Shown here: piece by piece, positions 47,939 through 57,665 of the stretch
How positions within the stretch are numbered: the first letter of the stretch is position 1
Layout: every line of letters begins with the position of its first letter
Assembly: GCA_016178305.1 (NCBI GenBank)
Contig: JACOTM010000043.1
Location: 51,139 to 115,138, forward strand
Direction: 5' to 3'
DNA: 64,000 bases
From: Flavobacteriia bacterium
GTDB lineage: Bacteria > Bacteroidota > Bacteroidia > Flavobacteriales_D > Crocinitomicaceae
Translations under genes and position numbers: made by a program
The notes under the pieces: model-generated
The model's input: the letters and a program-made list of their open reading frames with translations, nothing else
Database searches by the model: none
What the model was told of the DNA's origin: nothing

Positions 47939-50900
47939 CTACATCACAACATTCACAATTCTCCCTGGAACAACAATCACTTTTTTAGGATCTTTTCCTT
48001 CCAAGTATTTTTTTGCTTCTTCTTTGCTCATTACTTCTTTTTCAACTTCTTGAGGTGTCATTGTTAATGGTAATTCCACTTTGAAACGTACTTTTCCATT
48101 AAATGAAACGGGATAAGCGAAATTAGCTTCTACTAATACACTTTCATCAAATGTTGGAAATTTAGCATAACTCAATGTTCCTGCTTCGTTTTTTAACTTT
48201 TGTTCCCACAACTCTTCACATAAATGGGGTGCATAAGGAGAAAGTAAAATTACCAATTCTTGTAAAATAGCTTTATTGTTACATTTTTGATCCGTCAATT
48301 CATTTACACAAATCATAAAGTTAGAAACGCCAGTATTGAATGAAAAACGCTCTAAATCATCACCAATTTTCTTGATTGTTCTATGTAATGTTTTTAAGGA
48401 TTCTTTTGTCGGTTCTCCAGAAGTTAATTCCCCTTCAAACAAACGACATAATTTACGTAAAAAGTTGTGAACTCCATTAATCCCTTTTGTATCCCAAGGT
48501 TTACTTTGTTCCAATGGACCTAAGAACATTTCATACATTCTTAAGGTATCAGCACCGAATTTTTCTACTAATTCATCGGGCGTTTGAACGTTGAATTTAG
48601 ATTTCGACATTTTTTCAACTTCTGAACCGCAGATATAGGTTCCATCATCTTCTAATAGAAAATCCACGTTTCTAAAAAACTTAAATAATGGATCTGTAGA
48701 AGCTTGTTCAATGTTAAGAATATTATTTTCGACATAATTGATAGAAACATTCTTTTCCATTCTGCCATTACCAATAAGAACAATATAGTCGAGTTCTAAA
48801 TTTGGATATTTATTTTTGAAAATAGTTTTTATTTTATTATCAAAGTCAATTTTTAAATTCTGTAAATTTTCATCAAGTGTTGAAAAATCTTGTTTAGCAT
48901 TATTGTCATGGCAAATAGCTTTAACCAATGGTAAGTACTTTTCACTAAAATAAATATTAGGCTGCTTATCATACGATTTTAGTGCATTTCCTACTTCTAA
49001 ATCAGAATTTTTAAAAAGTTTAGTATAATAAAGTTCATAAACAAAACTACTTCTTCCCAAAATCATCCCCTGATTAATCATCTTTTTGAATGGTTCATCG
49101 AAATTGATAAACCCTTGATCAAATAAGAATTTTGTCCAGAAACGAGAATATAATAAGTGACCTGTTCCGTGTTCAGAACCACCGATGTATAAATCTACTT
49201 GTCCCCAGTAATCTGCTTGTTTTTTACTTACAAATTCGGCTTCGTTTTGAGCATCCATGTAACGTAAGAAATACCAAGAACTTCCCGCCCAACCTGGCAT
49301 GGTGTTTAATTCCAACGGAAAGATCGTTTCAATGTTAATCAATTCATTGGAAACTACTTCGTTTTTAGTAGTATCCCATGCCCATGTTAAGGCATTTCCT
49401 AATGGTGGCTGACCATCAGCCGTTGGCAAATAATTTTCTACTTCAGGAAGAATGATTGGTAAATGTTGTGTTTCAATCATCACAGGCAATCCATTTTTGT
49501 AATAAACCGGGAAAGGTTCACCCCAATAACGTTGTCTTGAAAATACAGCATCGCGCAAACGGTAATTTGTTTTTCCTTTACCTATTTTTTTTGTCTCAAT
49601 TGCTTCAATTGCTTTTTGCATTGCAACTTTTGCCTCAAATCCATTTAAGAAATCAGAATTAGCAATTACAGCATCTTTCTCTGTGTAAGCTGCTTCAGAA
49701 ATATCTTTATCAGCAAAAATATTTTTAATCTCTAAATTGAAATGCTTTGCGAAATCCCAATCACGTTGATCGCCACAAGGAACAGCCATAACAGCACCAG
49801 TTCCGTATGATGCTAAAACATAATCTCCAATCCAAATTTGAACTTTATCTCCTGTAAAAGGGTGAATAGCATAAGCTCCAGTGAATTGTCCCGTAATGTT
49901 TTTCACATCTGACTGACGATCACGTTCTGTTTTTAAAGAAGCCGCTTTTTTATAATTTTCAACAGCATCTTTGTATTCAGCAGTTGTAATTACTTCAACT
50001 AAAGGATGTTCCGGCGCTAACACCATAAATGAAACCCCAAAAATTGTATCAGGACGAGTAGTGAAAACTTCAATTGCAGTTTCGACTCCGCTCAACTGCC
50101 GTTCGTTCATCTCTTGTTGGCTGAGCGGAGTCGAAGCCAACACTTCAAATTTAACAGACGCCCCAATCGATTTTCCAATCCAGTTGCGTTGAATATCTTT
50201 AATAGAATCTGTCCATTCTACATTTTCTAAACCTTGAATTAAACGTTCAGCATACGCTTTGATGCGCATCGACCATTGACGCATTAATTTTTGTTCAACT
50301 TGATGACCACCACGTTCAGAAACACCATTTACAATTTCATCATTTGCTAAAACGGTTCCTAAAGCTGGACACCAGTTTACCCATGAATCAGCTAAATAAG
50401 CTAAACGGTATTCTTGAAGAATTGCTTCTTGTTCTTGTTCGTTGAAAGCATTCCATTCAGAAGCAGAAAAAGTACCATTGTAATCAGAACAAGCTTGAAC
50501 AGATGCATTTCCATTTACCTCAAATTCAGCAACTAAACCTGAAATTCGTTCTGCTTTATTCGTTTTGTTATTGTACCAGCAATCAAATAATTGAATGAAA
50601 ATCCATTGTGTCCATTTGTAATATTCAGGAGAAGAAGTACGTACTTCTCTGTCCCAATCAAACGAGAAACCAACTTTATCTAACTGATCTCTATATCGAG
50701 TAATATTTTCTTCCGTCGTAATTACAGGGTGTTGTCCTGTTTGAATCGCATATTGTTCAGCAGGTAAACCAAATGAATCGTAACCCATTGGATGCAAAAC
50801 ATTAAAACCTTGTAAACGTTTGAAACGTGTATAAATATCAGAAGCGATATAACCAAGTGGGTGACCAACATGTAATCCTGCACCAGACGGATAAGGGAAC

Positions 50901-51013
50901 ATATCTAATACATAAAACTTCGGTTTTTCAGATGAATTATCTGCTTTAAAGGTTTTATTTTCAGCCCAGAATTTTCTCCATTTTGGTTCGATTTCGCTAA
51001 AATTATACTCCAT
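47939..51013 (-). CDS. leuS: Leucine--tRNA ligase
   Basis: HVGHP (HIGH) motif, CP1 editing domain TTRPDT, and KMSKS at about 48603-48617. The product is 1024 aa and carries two insertions described in the findings. Confidence 0.97.
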   Translation of the reverse strand: MEYNFSEIEPKWRKFWAENKTFKADNSSEKPKFYVLDMFPYPSGAGLHVGHPLGYIASDIYTRFKRLQGFNVLHPMGYDSFGLPAEQYAIQTGQHPVITTEENITRYRDQLDKVGFSFDWDREVRTSSPEYYKWTQWIFIQLFDCWYNNKTNKAERISGLVAEFEVNGNASVQACSDYNGTFSASEWNAFNEQEQEAILQEYRLAYLADSWVNWCPALGTVLANDEIVNGVSERGGHQVEQKLMRQWSMRIKAYAERLIQGLENVEWTDSIKDIQRNWIGKSIGASVKFEVLASTPLSQQEMNERQLSGVETAIEVFTTRPDTIFGVSFMVLAPEHPLVEVITTAEYKDAVENYKKAASLKTERDRQSDVKNITGQFTGAYAIHPFTGDKVQIWIGDYVLASYGTGAVMAVPCGDQRDWDFAKHFNLEIKNIFADKDISEAAYTEKDAVIANSDFLNGFEAKVAMQKAIEAIETKKIGKGKTNYRLRDAVFSRQRYWGEPFPVYYKNGLPVMIETQHLPIILPEVENYLPTADGQPPLGNALTWAWDTTKNEVVSNELINIETIFPLELNTMPGWAGSSWYFLRYMDAQNEAEFVSKKQADYWGQVDLYIGGSEHGTGHLLYSRFWTKFLFDQGFINFDEPFKKMINQGMILGRSSFVYELYYTKLFKNSDLEVGNALKSYDKQPNIYFSEKYLPLVKAICHDNNAKQDFSTLDENLQNLKIDFDNKIKTIFKNKYPNLELDYIVLIGNGRMEKNVSINYVENNILNIEQASTDPLFKFFRNVDFLLEDDGTYICGSEVEKMSKSKFNVQTPDELVEKFGADTLRMYEMFLGPLEQSKPWDTKGINGVHNFLRKLCRLFEGELTSGEPTKESLKTLHRTIKKIGDDLERFSFNTGVSNFMICVNELTDQKCNNKAILQELVILLSPYAPHLCEELWEQKLKNEAGTLSYAKFPTFDESVLVEANFAYPVSFNGKVRFKVELPLTMTPQEVEKEVMSKEEAKKYLEGKDPKKVIVVPGRIVNVVM

Positions 51014-51235
51014 TTTTTTATGCTTTTTGTTGAAAGCGTAAAGTTAGTGAATTTTATCTATTTTTTGAAGATAGTAGCTATAATGAAGGCTTTGAATGCT
51101 ATAAATTTGATTTTATTTCAATAAAATTGGGGGCAAAAGAGTTTCTAACGGATAGAAATGGCTTTAGAAAAAATGAAATTTGGGATTAATCATGTTATCA
51201 GATGTTTAAAAAATTCTATCTTTAGCCTATAGTAA

Positions 51236-53464
51236 ATGAGAACAAGATTTTTTTTCATAGCAATAATTGGGGTAGTTTTTTTAGGAATGCTATCCAGCAC
51301 TTCGTATAGTCAGTCGAATGAAGAACAGAAATTATTAAGTGCCTTAAAACGGGAAAAAAATGAATCGAAAAAATTTCAACGTTTAGTAGTTTTAGGAGAT
51401 TTTTATAAAAACCACAATATTTATTTAGCAGATTCTATCTCACATGTAATTTTACAAAAAAGCAGAAATTTAGGAAATTTACAACAATTTAAAGCGCTAT
51501 TGTTTACTATTCAAATCGAAGAAATAGAAGGAGATCAAGAGAGTTTTTTTAAGGATATTTTAGCATTAGAACCGTTTTTATATAAGCTTTCATCGAAAGA
51601 AGTAAAATTTGAAATTTACAAATACTTAGGATGTTATTATAGTTCAACCTTGAAGTTTGAAAAGGCAAACATATATTTAAAGGAAGCTTTAATGATTGCT
51701 AAAAAGGCTAGAAATAATACCAACATATCAGAGACATATAGTAAAATAGCCTATAATTTTATGTTGGTTAACAACAAAGATTCAGCTTTTTATTTTACAG
51801 ACCATTCTATTCAATATGCTAGACGATCAGCAAATAAAAGTGTGATAGCAGAAAGTTTTAACACACAAGCCAGGATATATGATTTTTTTGGTCAGGTAGA
51901 ATTAAGTGTTGCAAAAAATTTAATTGCGAATAATTTAGCAATAGATGCTTATGATCTACCTAAAATGGCTCGAATTTCAAGAGAATTAGGGATGTCTCAA
52001 AGAACCATTTCAAATTTAGATGATGCAGAATTTTTCTTTAAAAAATCGTATGAATATGCTCAAATGATTCATGACAAACGTCAGATGGCTTTGGCATTAA
52101 TTAATTTAGGAACTGTTTATAGAGAACGAAAACTATATGATAAGGCAATTGACGTAAATTTAAAAGGGATAGAATTAATCACAAAACTTAAGGATAATAA
52201 TGGATTAGCTGAAGCACATAACAACTTAGGAATGGTTTATAGTGACTTTAAGAAATATGATTTAGCATCAAGTAATTTTAATCAAGCGTTAATTTATTAT
52301 GAATCAACAGGAAATCGCGAAAAAATAGCTGGAGTATATCACAATGTGGGAACAGTCTTTTACATAAAAAAGAAATATAATATTGCTTTAAATTATTTAA
52401 ATAGATCGATTGAAATTAGACAACAATTTGGTTCAAAGAGTCAAATGTACCCAACTTATAGAATTATTTCTGATGTTTATGAAAAAATAGGGAATGCCAA
52501 GCAGTCACTTTGGTATTTACAAAAGTATTTGAATTATATAGATAATAATACCTCTTTACAAGCATCAACGAAAATTGCAGAATTAAGTGAATTATATCGG
52601 TCAGAACAAAGAGAACGATTGATTTCGATGCAGGCAGATTCAATAGAAAGACAGCGACAAGAAAGGGAGATAACATCTACAAAATTAGAAAATACAGAAT
52701 TAAGAAATAGCTTTCAGACGTATATCATTATTGGTTTTATCATTATTATTATTTTGGCTGGAGTCATTATTATTTCTCGACAAAATCAAAACAAAATTCG
52801 GCAACAACAAAAAGAGGCAGAAATGTCTCAGGCGCTATTGAGAACACAGATGAATCCGCATTTTATTTTTAATGCAATGTCTGTAATTCAAAGTTATATT
52901 TATGAAAATGACATTAAAAACTCTACTAAATTTTTGGTTAATTTTTCACGTTTAATTCGTTTAATTCTTGAAAATTCACCTAAAGAATTTATTCCGATTA
53001 CTACTGAAATGGAAATTCTTCAAAAATATTTAGAGACTCAAAAATTACGATTTGAGGAACGTTTTGAATTTGATATTGAAATGGATCAAACGATGATGAT
53101 TGAACACGCAATGATACCACCGATGATTACTCAACCTTTTATTGAAAATGCAATTGAACACGGCCAACTTCATACGGTAGAAAGTGGCTTTATTAAAATT
53201 ATTTTTTCAAAAGATAAAGAAATGCTTCATATTGAAATAATTGATAATGGGATAGGTCGCTCAAACTCCGAAAAAAATAAAAAACGGAAAGATCATACCA
53301 GTATGGCTTTAGGAATCACAAAAGAAAGAATCAATAATTTAAATATGAAATACAAAACGGATGGATATTTACAAATAGAAGATTATGATAATATTTTGCA
53401 TACTGGAACAAAAATATTAATTTCGTTGCCATACCATGTGGATACAAATCCTAATAAAAACTAG
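51236..53464 (+). CDS. TPR-sensor histidine kinase, LytS/YehU type (His_kinase + HATPase_c)
   Basis: Signal peptide, TPR repeats, one TM helix, then LRTQMNPHFIFNAMSVIQ and the ATPase region IENAIEHG...IDNGIG. Confidence 0.85.
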   Translation: MRTRFFFIAIIGVVFLGMLSSTSYSQSNEEQKLLSALKREKNESKKFQRLVVLGDFYKNHNIYLADSISHVILQKSRNLGNLQQFKALLFTIQIEEIEGDQESFFKDILALEPFLYKLSSKEVKFEIYKYLGCYYSSTLKFEKANIYLKEALMIAKKARNNTNISETYSKIAYNFMLVNNKDSAFYFTDHSIQYARRSANKSVIAESFNTQARIYDFFGQVELSVAKNLIANNLAIDAYDLPKMARISRELGMSQRTISNLDDAEFFFKKSYEYAQMIHDKRQMALALINLGTVYRERKLYDKAIDVNLKGIELITKLKDNNGLAEAHNNLGMVYSDFKKYDLASSNFNQALIYYESTGNREKIAGVYHNVGTVFYIKKKYNIALNYLNRSIEIRQQFGSKSQMYPTYRIISDVYEKIGNAKQSLWYLQKYLNYIDNNTSLQASTKIAELSELYRSEQRERLISMQADSIERQRQEREITSTKLENTELRNSFQTYIIIGFIIIIILAGVIIISRQNQNKIRQQQKEAEMSQALLRTQMNPHFIFNAMSVIQSYIYENDIKNSTKFLVNFSRLIRLILENSPKEFIPITTEMEILQKYLETQKLRFEERFEFDIEMDQTMMIEHAMIPPMITQPFIENAIEHGQLHTVESGFIKIIFSKDKEMLHIEIIDNGIGRSNSEKNKKRKDHTSMALGITKERINNLNMKYKTDGYLQIEDYDNILHTGTKILISLPYHVDTNPNKN

Positions 53465-53466
53465 AA

Positions 53467-54213
53467 ATGAAAAAAGCAATAATAATTGATGATGAGAATA
53501 GAACTAGGGATTTAATCGCTAAAATGATTAATTCATTTGGTCTTGACATTGAAGCTATTCCAGCTGCCGAAAGTGTAGAAACAGGGATAAAAGCGATTGA
53601 AGAACTTAAACCTGATATTGTTTTCTTAGATATTAAAATGCCTGATGGAACAGGATTTGATTTATTAAAAGCTATTCCAAACAAAAACTTTGAAGTGATT
53701 TTTATTACTGCTCACGAGGAATTTGCGATTAAAGCAATTAAATTTAGTGCCCTTGATTATATTTTAAAACCTGTAGATCCTGAAGAATTAAAAGCAGCAG
53801 TTGTTCACGCTATGGAAACTTTGGGGAATAAAAAAGAAGAAAGTCAATTTGATGCATTGCAATTAAATATTCAACCCAATCAAAAAAGAAGATTGGTATT
53901 AAAAACGCAAGAAAGTGTTCATATTGTTGAGTTAGACCATATTATACGTTGTGAGGCAGATCGAAATTATACTTCTTTTTACTTGACAGAGGGAAAAAAA
54001 ATATTGGTTTCTAAAACATTGAAAGATTATGAAACTTTGTTATCAGGACATAATTTTTTAAGAGTTCAACAATCACATTTAATTAATTTAGATTTTGTGG
54101 CAAGATATGACAAAGGAAATGGCGGATCTGTAGTTATGAAAGATGGTTCTGAAGTTCCATTGTCTCCGGCAAAAAGAGATTTATTCTTTAAAATATTAGA
54201 GAATTTACTATAA
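53467..54213 (+). CDS. LytTR-family response regulator
   Basis: Receiver motifs IIIDDE, DIVFLDIKMPDGTG and LKP. LytTR domain FLRVQQSHLINL. The gene starts 3 nt after the kinase gene. Confidence 0.9.
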   Translation: MKKAIIIDDENRTRDLIAKMINSFGLDIEAIPAAESVETGIKAIEELKPDIVFLDIKMPDGTGFDLLKAIPNKNFEVIFITAHEEFAIKAIKFSALDYILKPVDPEELKAAVVHAMETLGNKKEESQFDALQLNIQPNQKRRLVLKTQESVHIVELDHIIRCEADRNYTSFYLTEGKKILVSKTLKDYETLLSGHNFLRVQQSHLINLDFVARYDKGNGGSVVMKDGSEVPLSPAKRDLFFKILENLL

Positions 54214-54234
54214 TAAAAATTTATGTGAATCAAT

Positions 54235-54265
54235 AAAAAAGCTGTCTATTTTGGGCAGCTTTTTT
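54235..54265 (+). terminator. Rho-independent terminator after the response regulator
   Basis: The stem agctgtc/ggcagct is followed by T5. Confidence 0.65.
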
Positions 54266-54635
54266 AATTATATTATCTGAAAAATAATTCAAAACCAAGA
54301 TTTGAAAGATGAAAATCATTAAATCTTCATTGTCTAAATTTGGTTAAAACAATCTTTTTATATTTGATTTAGAAATAAGGAGAAAACACAGGTTATTATC
54401 TTTCATTTTTACTTTGACATAGACAAAAAGAGGAGCACTGCTTGGAGAGGCAGTTTTCATTTTCTAGTTTGATTATAGAGTTTAACAGTTCTAATTTTCC
54501 GCTTTTTGAATATGCATCGTCGTAATTTAGTTTACAGAAAATGTAAGATATGACCTGTCTTTTTTAAGTTGAATTAAAAAAGTATAAATAAATTATTTCA
54601 TACTACTACTATATGAATAAAGGGTTAACGAAAAG

Positions 54636-55391
54636 TTAGCCCTTTATTATTTTATATAATACGGGTCTGCTTGGGCTTGCATCATTTTCAAAAGGGGCAG
54701 TTTGTAAATTTAGAATATAATGTCCATCAGAAATGGAATCTTTTACAAAAACAAACTCTGTGATTGTTTTATCAAATTGAGGATTTTCAGGAACTTTCCA
54801 AAAAGCGTGATGAAATGCTAATATTCCACCATCACTTTCTTTATCAACGGATGGAAGATCAACTAATAAATGTTTTACTCCAATAGCATCTATAATTGAT
54901 ATACAATCACAATCTAAATAAGCTGGATTTGTGTCCGAATAATTTTGATGTTGTTTATTTTCATCATTAGGTAAGGTTCTAATTATTAATGCTTCCGTTT
55001 CTAAACCTTTTAGTTTCTCTTCTAACTGTGCTTTTGTTATGACTAAATCAATACCACAATCAGTCACTTTAATTTCTGGAATAATGGTTAAAACATAAGC
55101 ATTAAAAAAATATGTTTTTAAACTAGTATTAACAGAATATATTTCAGGTGTTATATGCCCTAAACATTCAGTATGTGTGCCATGCCCGTGTGGGTTAAAA
55201 AAAATATTTCTAAAATTAACACTTCCACCTTCGGCCACTAAGCCGATAAAACCCTCAATTCTAACGGGTTCTATCATTGGTGTATCTACATACCAAGCTT
55301 TCAAATTGTTTGAAGTATTGGATAAAGGAATCGAAATATCAAGAGGTTGATTTGTATCAATAAAATTTTCAGTATCAAGAAATAATTTCAT
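54636..55391 (-). CDS. Cyclase-family protein (arylformamidase-like fold)
   Basis: The HGHGTHTECLGH metal-binding-like motif and the size fit the putative cyclase family. Confidence 0.65.
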   Translation of the reverse strand: MKLFLDTENFIDTNQPLDISIPLSNTSNNLKAWYVDTPMIEPVRIEGFIGLVAEGGSVNFRNIFFNPHGHGTHTECLGHITPEIYSVNTSLKTYFFNAYVLTIIPEIKVTDCGIDLVITKAQLEEKLKGLETEALIIRTLPNDENKQHQNYSDTNPAYLDCDCISIIDAIGVKHLLVDLPSVDKESDGGILAFHHAFWKVPENPQFDKTITEFVFVKDSISDGHYILNLQTAPFENDASPSRPVLYKIIKG

Positions 55392-55476
55392 AAATCAATT
55401 TTTTCCGAAGATAGTGATTTAGTAAAAAGTCAGCACTAAGAAATGAAAAAAGAGTTCAAAATTATATCTTTATAGC

Positions 55477-56100
55477 ATGGAAGAAGAAATAGAAGCAATT
55501 ATATTTGATTTAGGAGGAGTGATAATTAATTTAGATTATTCACTTACAACAAAAGCATTTCAGGATTTAGGGTTGAAAAATTTTGAAGAAATATATGCAC
55601 AAGCCAATCAATCAACGCTTTTTGATGATTTTGAAACAGGTAAAATTTCAGCACAACATTTTGTTAATTTATTGCTTCCATATTTACCAATTGGAATATC
55701 AGCCAACAAGGTTGTTCACGCATGGAATGCTATGATTTTAGATTTTCCTGTTGAACGATTGGAGTTGTTGTTAGAATTAAAACAGAAGCGAAAACTAATA
55801 CTATTAAGTAATACCAATGAAATACATTTACAAGCAGTAAATAGGTCATTATCAAAAGTAACAGATAAGCCTTTGAGTTATTTTTTTGATGAAATCTATT
55901 TATCGCATGAAATTGGGATGAGAAAACCTACAACAGCAATTTTTGAATATGTTTGTGAAGAGCAAAACTTGAATGTTAATCGCACATTATTTATAGATGA
56001 TACAATTCGTCATGTTGAAGGGGCGAGATTAACAGGATTAAAAGGATATCATTTAAAATGTAATGAAACTATACTAGAATTAAATTTAGGAAACTTATAA
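55477..56100 (+). CDS. HAD-family hydrolase
   Basis: Motif I IIFDLGGV, motif II LLSNTN and motif IV FIDDT. Confidence 0.8.
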   Translation: MEEEIEAIIFDLGGVIINLDYSLTTKAFQDLGLKNFEEIYAQANQSTLFDDFETGKISAQHFVNLLLPYLPIGISANKVVHAWNAMILDFPVERLELLLELKQKRKLILLSNTNEIHLQAVNRSLSKVTDKPLSYFFDEIYLSHEIGMRKPTTAIFEYVCEEQNLNVNRTLFIDDTIRHVEGARLTGLKGYHLKCNETILELNLGNL

Positions 56101-56120
56101 ATAGAAATTCAGAATCAAAA

Positions 56121-56528
56121 TTACATGATTTTATCTTGACAAAGTTCTATTAATATACCATCAGTTGATTTAGGATGTAAAAAAGCGATGATTTTTCCAT
56201 CAGCTCCATCTTTTGGAGATTTGTGGATTAATTCAAATCCTTCCTTAGATAATCGCTCAATTTCTTCTTCAAGGTTTGTTGTATCAAAAGCAATGTGATG
56301 AATTCCCCGCCCTTTTTTTTCTAAAAATTTAGCAATAGGAGACTCAGAATGTGTTGCTTCTAACAATTCAATTTTAGATTCTCCTATTTGAAGGAAAGCT
56401 GTTTTTACAAATTCTGAAGCAACTTCTTCAATTTTGTAACAATTTGTCCCCAATAATGTTTCAAATACTTTTATCGACGCTTCAATATTGTTAACAGCAA
56501 TGCCTAAATGTTCAATTTTTTTAATCAT
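56121..56528 (-). CDS. mce: Methylmalonyl-CoA epimerase (VOC/glyoxalase fold)
   Basis: 135 aa with IEHLGIAV, GIHHIAFD and the typical C-terminus ...HPKS..GILIEL. Confidence 0.8.
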   Translation of the reverse strand: MIKKIEHLGIAVNNIEASIKVFETLLGTNCYKIEEVASEFVKTAFLQIGESKIELLEATHSESPIAKFLEKKGRGIHHIAFDTTNLEEEIERLSKEGFELIHKSPKDGADGKIIAFLHPKSTDGILIELCQDKIM

Positions 56529-56537
56529 TTTTTAATT

Positions 56538-56569
56538 AAAAAAAAACCCCGAAGACTACTTCAGGGTTT
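56538..56569 (-). terminator. Rho-independent terminator
   Basis: On the minus strand the stem aaaccctgaag/cttcggggttt is followed by T9. Confidence 0.65.
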
Positions 56570-56587
56570 ATAATATTTACTAATGAG

Positions 56588-57385
56588 TTAGCTTTTTATA
56601 AAAGATTCTGTGATGTTATCGTAACTTATATAATACAGCCCGTTTACTAAATTTTCACAATTAACAGAAGTTCCCACACCTTTTTTAACAATACTCCCAT
56701 AGGCATCATGAATTTCGTATCTTGTTTCAACAGGCTTACCATTTGAAGAAAAGTTGATTTCATTCTTAACTTTTACAGGACTTTTAGTTACTGCAGGTAA
56801 AGTTGAAACAAATTTCACATTAGAAGAAGTTTTTTTTGTGCCAGAATGATCAATTTGTATCACTCTAATCATATTTTCTCCAGAATGAGGCGAAACTTGA
56901 AATTCATAAGTATTTAAAGAAGGAGTTCCTTTTCCATGAACTTCTCCAACAACAACCCATTTATTCCATCTAAATTGCTCAATAATAAAAGGTAATTTAC
57001 CATGTTCTTCGGTTGTTTTCCAAATCAACAAACCGCTTTGATTTACTTCAATAGAAGAGATTTTAAAAGTACTTCTTGGAAGTAATACTTCTGGATTTAA
57101 TATTTTAGGCTTGCATCCTTCGTTATGCTCAATAACGATAAAGACAGGCTCTCCAATTTCTATATTAAAAATTGAAAAATCAATTTCAAAAGCGCCCATG
57201 CTAGTTCCTCCAGGCAAGATGTCTCCGTTTACAGTTACTTTTGTAGCACAATAACCGAACCCATCATTATCCATTGGGTTTTGTACATACAGATTCTTAC
57301 GTTGGTAACTTCCTTCAATTGAGAGAGACCCAAATGCTACGGCACCTGTTAAGCTAAAAATCAGTGAAATAAGAAAAATTTTCAT
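56588..57385 (-). CDS. Hypothetical secreted protein
   Basis: It has a signal peptide. The C-terminus loosely resembles a T9SS tail (LVNGLYYISY). The family is not recognised. Confidence 0.5.
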   Translation of the reverse strand: MKIFLISLIFSLTGAVAFGSLSIEGSYQRKNLYVQNPMDNDGFGYCATKVTVNGDILPGGTSMGAFEIDFSIFNIEIGEPVFIVIEHNEGCKPKILNPEVLLPRSTFKISSIEVNQSGLLIWKTTEEHGKLPFIIEQFRWNKWVVVGEVHGKGTPSLNTYEFQVSPHSGENMIRVIQIDHSGTKKTSSNVKFVSTLPAVTKSPVKVKNEINFSSNGKPVETRYEIHDAYGSIVKKGVGTSVNCENLVNGLYYISYDNITESFIKS

Positions 57386-57665
57386 CTATCTACGGTGTAT
57401 TATTGTATATAGCAAGCTTGTTTACAATTTTTTAATGTTAGCAAATATAACATTATTTTTATTCAATTTACAATAATTAAAAAAAAACAAATAACTTTTT
57501 TTAAGTTTGTGCGTTTATCAATAATAGTCAGTTTGCTAAAATCAATAATAGTAATTACTTTGATTTTATGTTGTATTTTTTTAACTATAATTATATTTAC
57601 TTTTCATTCATTGAAAAAATAGTTAGTTTTTTAGTGGTCAAAATGTAATAATTAAAAGATTTATT

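Noticed and set aside
54266-54635. Screened by eye for RNase P RNA, tmRNA, SRP RNA and tRNA signatures here and in the other gaps over 200 nt (5465-5814, 33582-33834, 38931-39151, 43979-44375, 51014-51235, 57386-57665)
   Set aside because: I found none of the conserved cores I know (for example GGAAAGUCC for RNase P, a tmRNA tag reading frame plus a 3'-terminal CCA, or tRNA cloverleaf with GTTCRANNC). No rRNA or tRNA gene is reported for this window.
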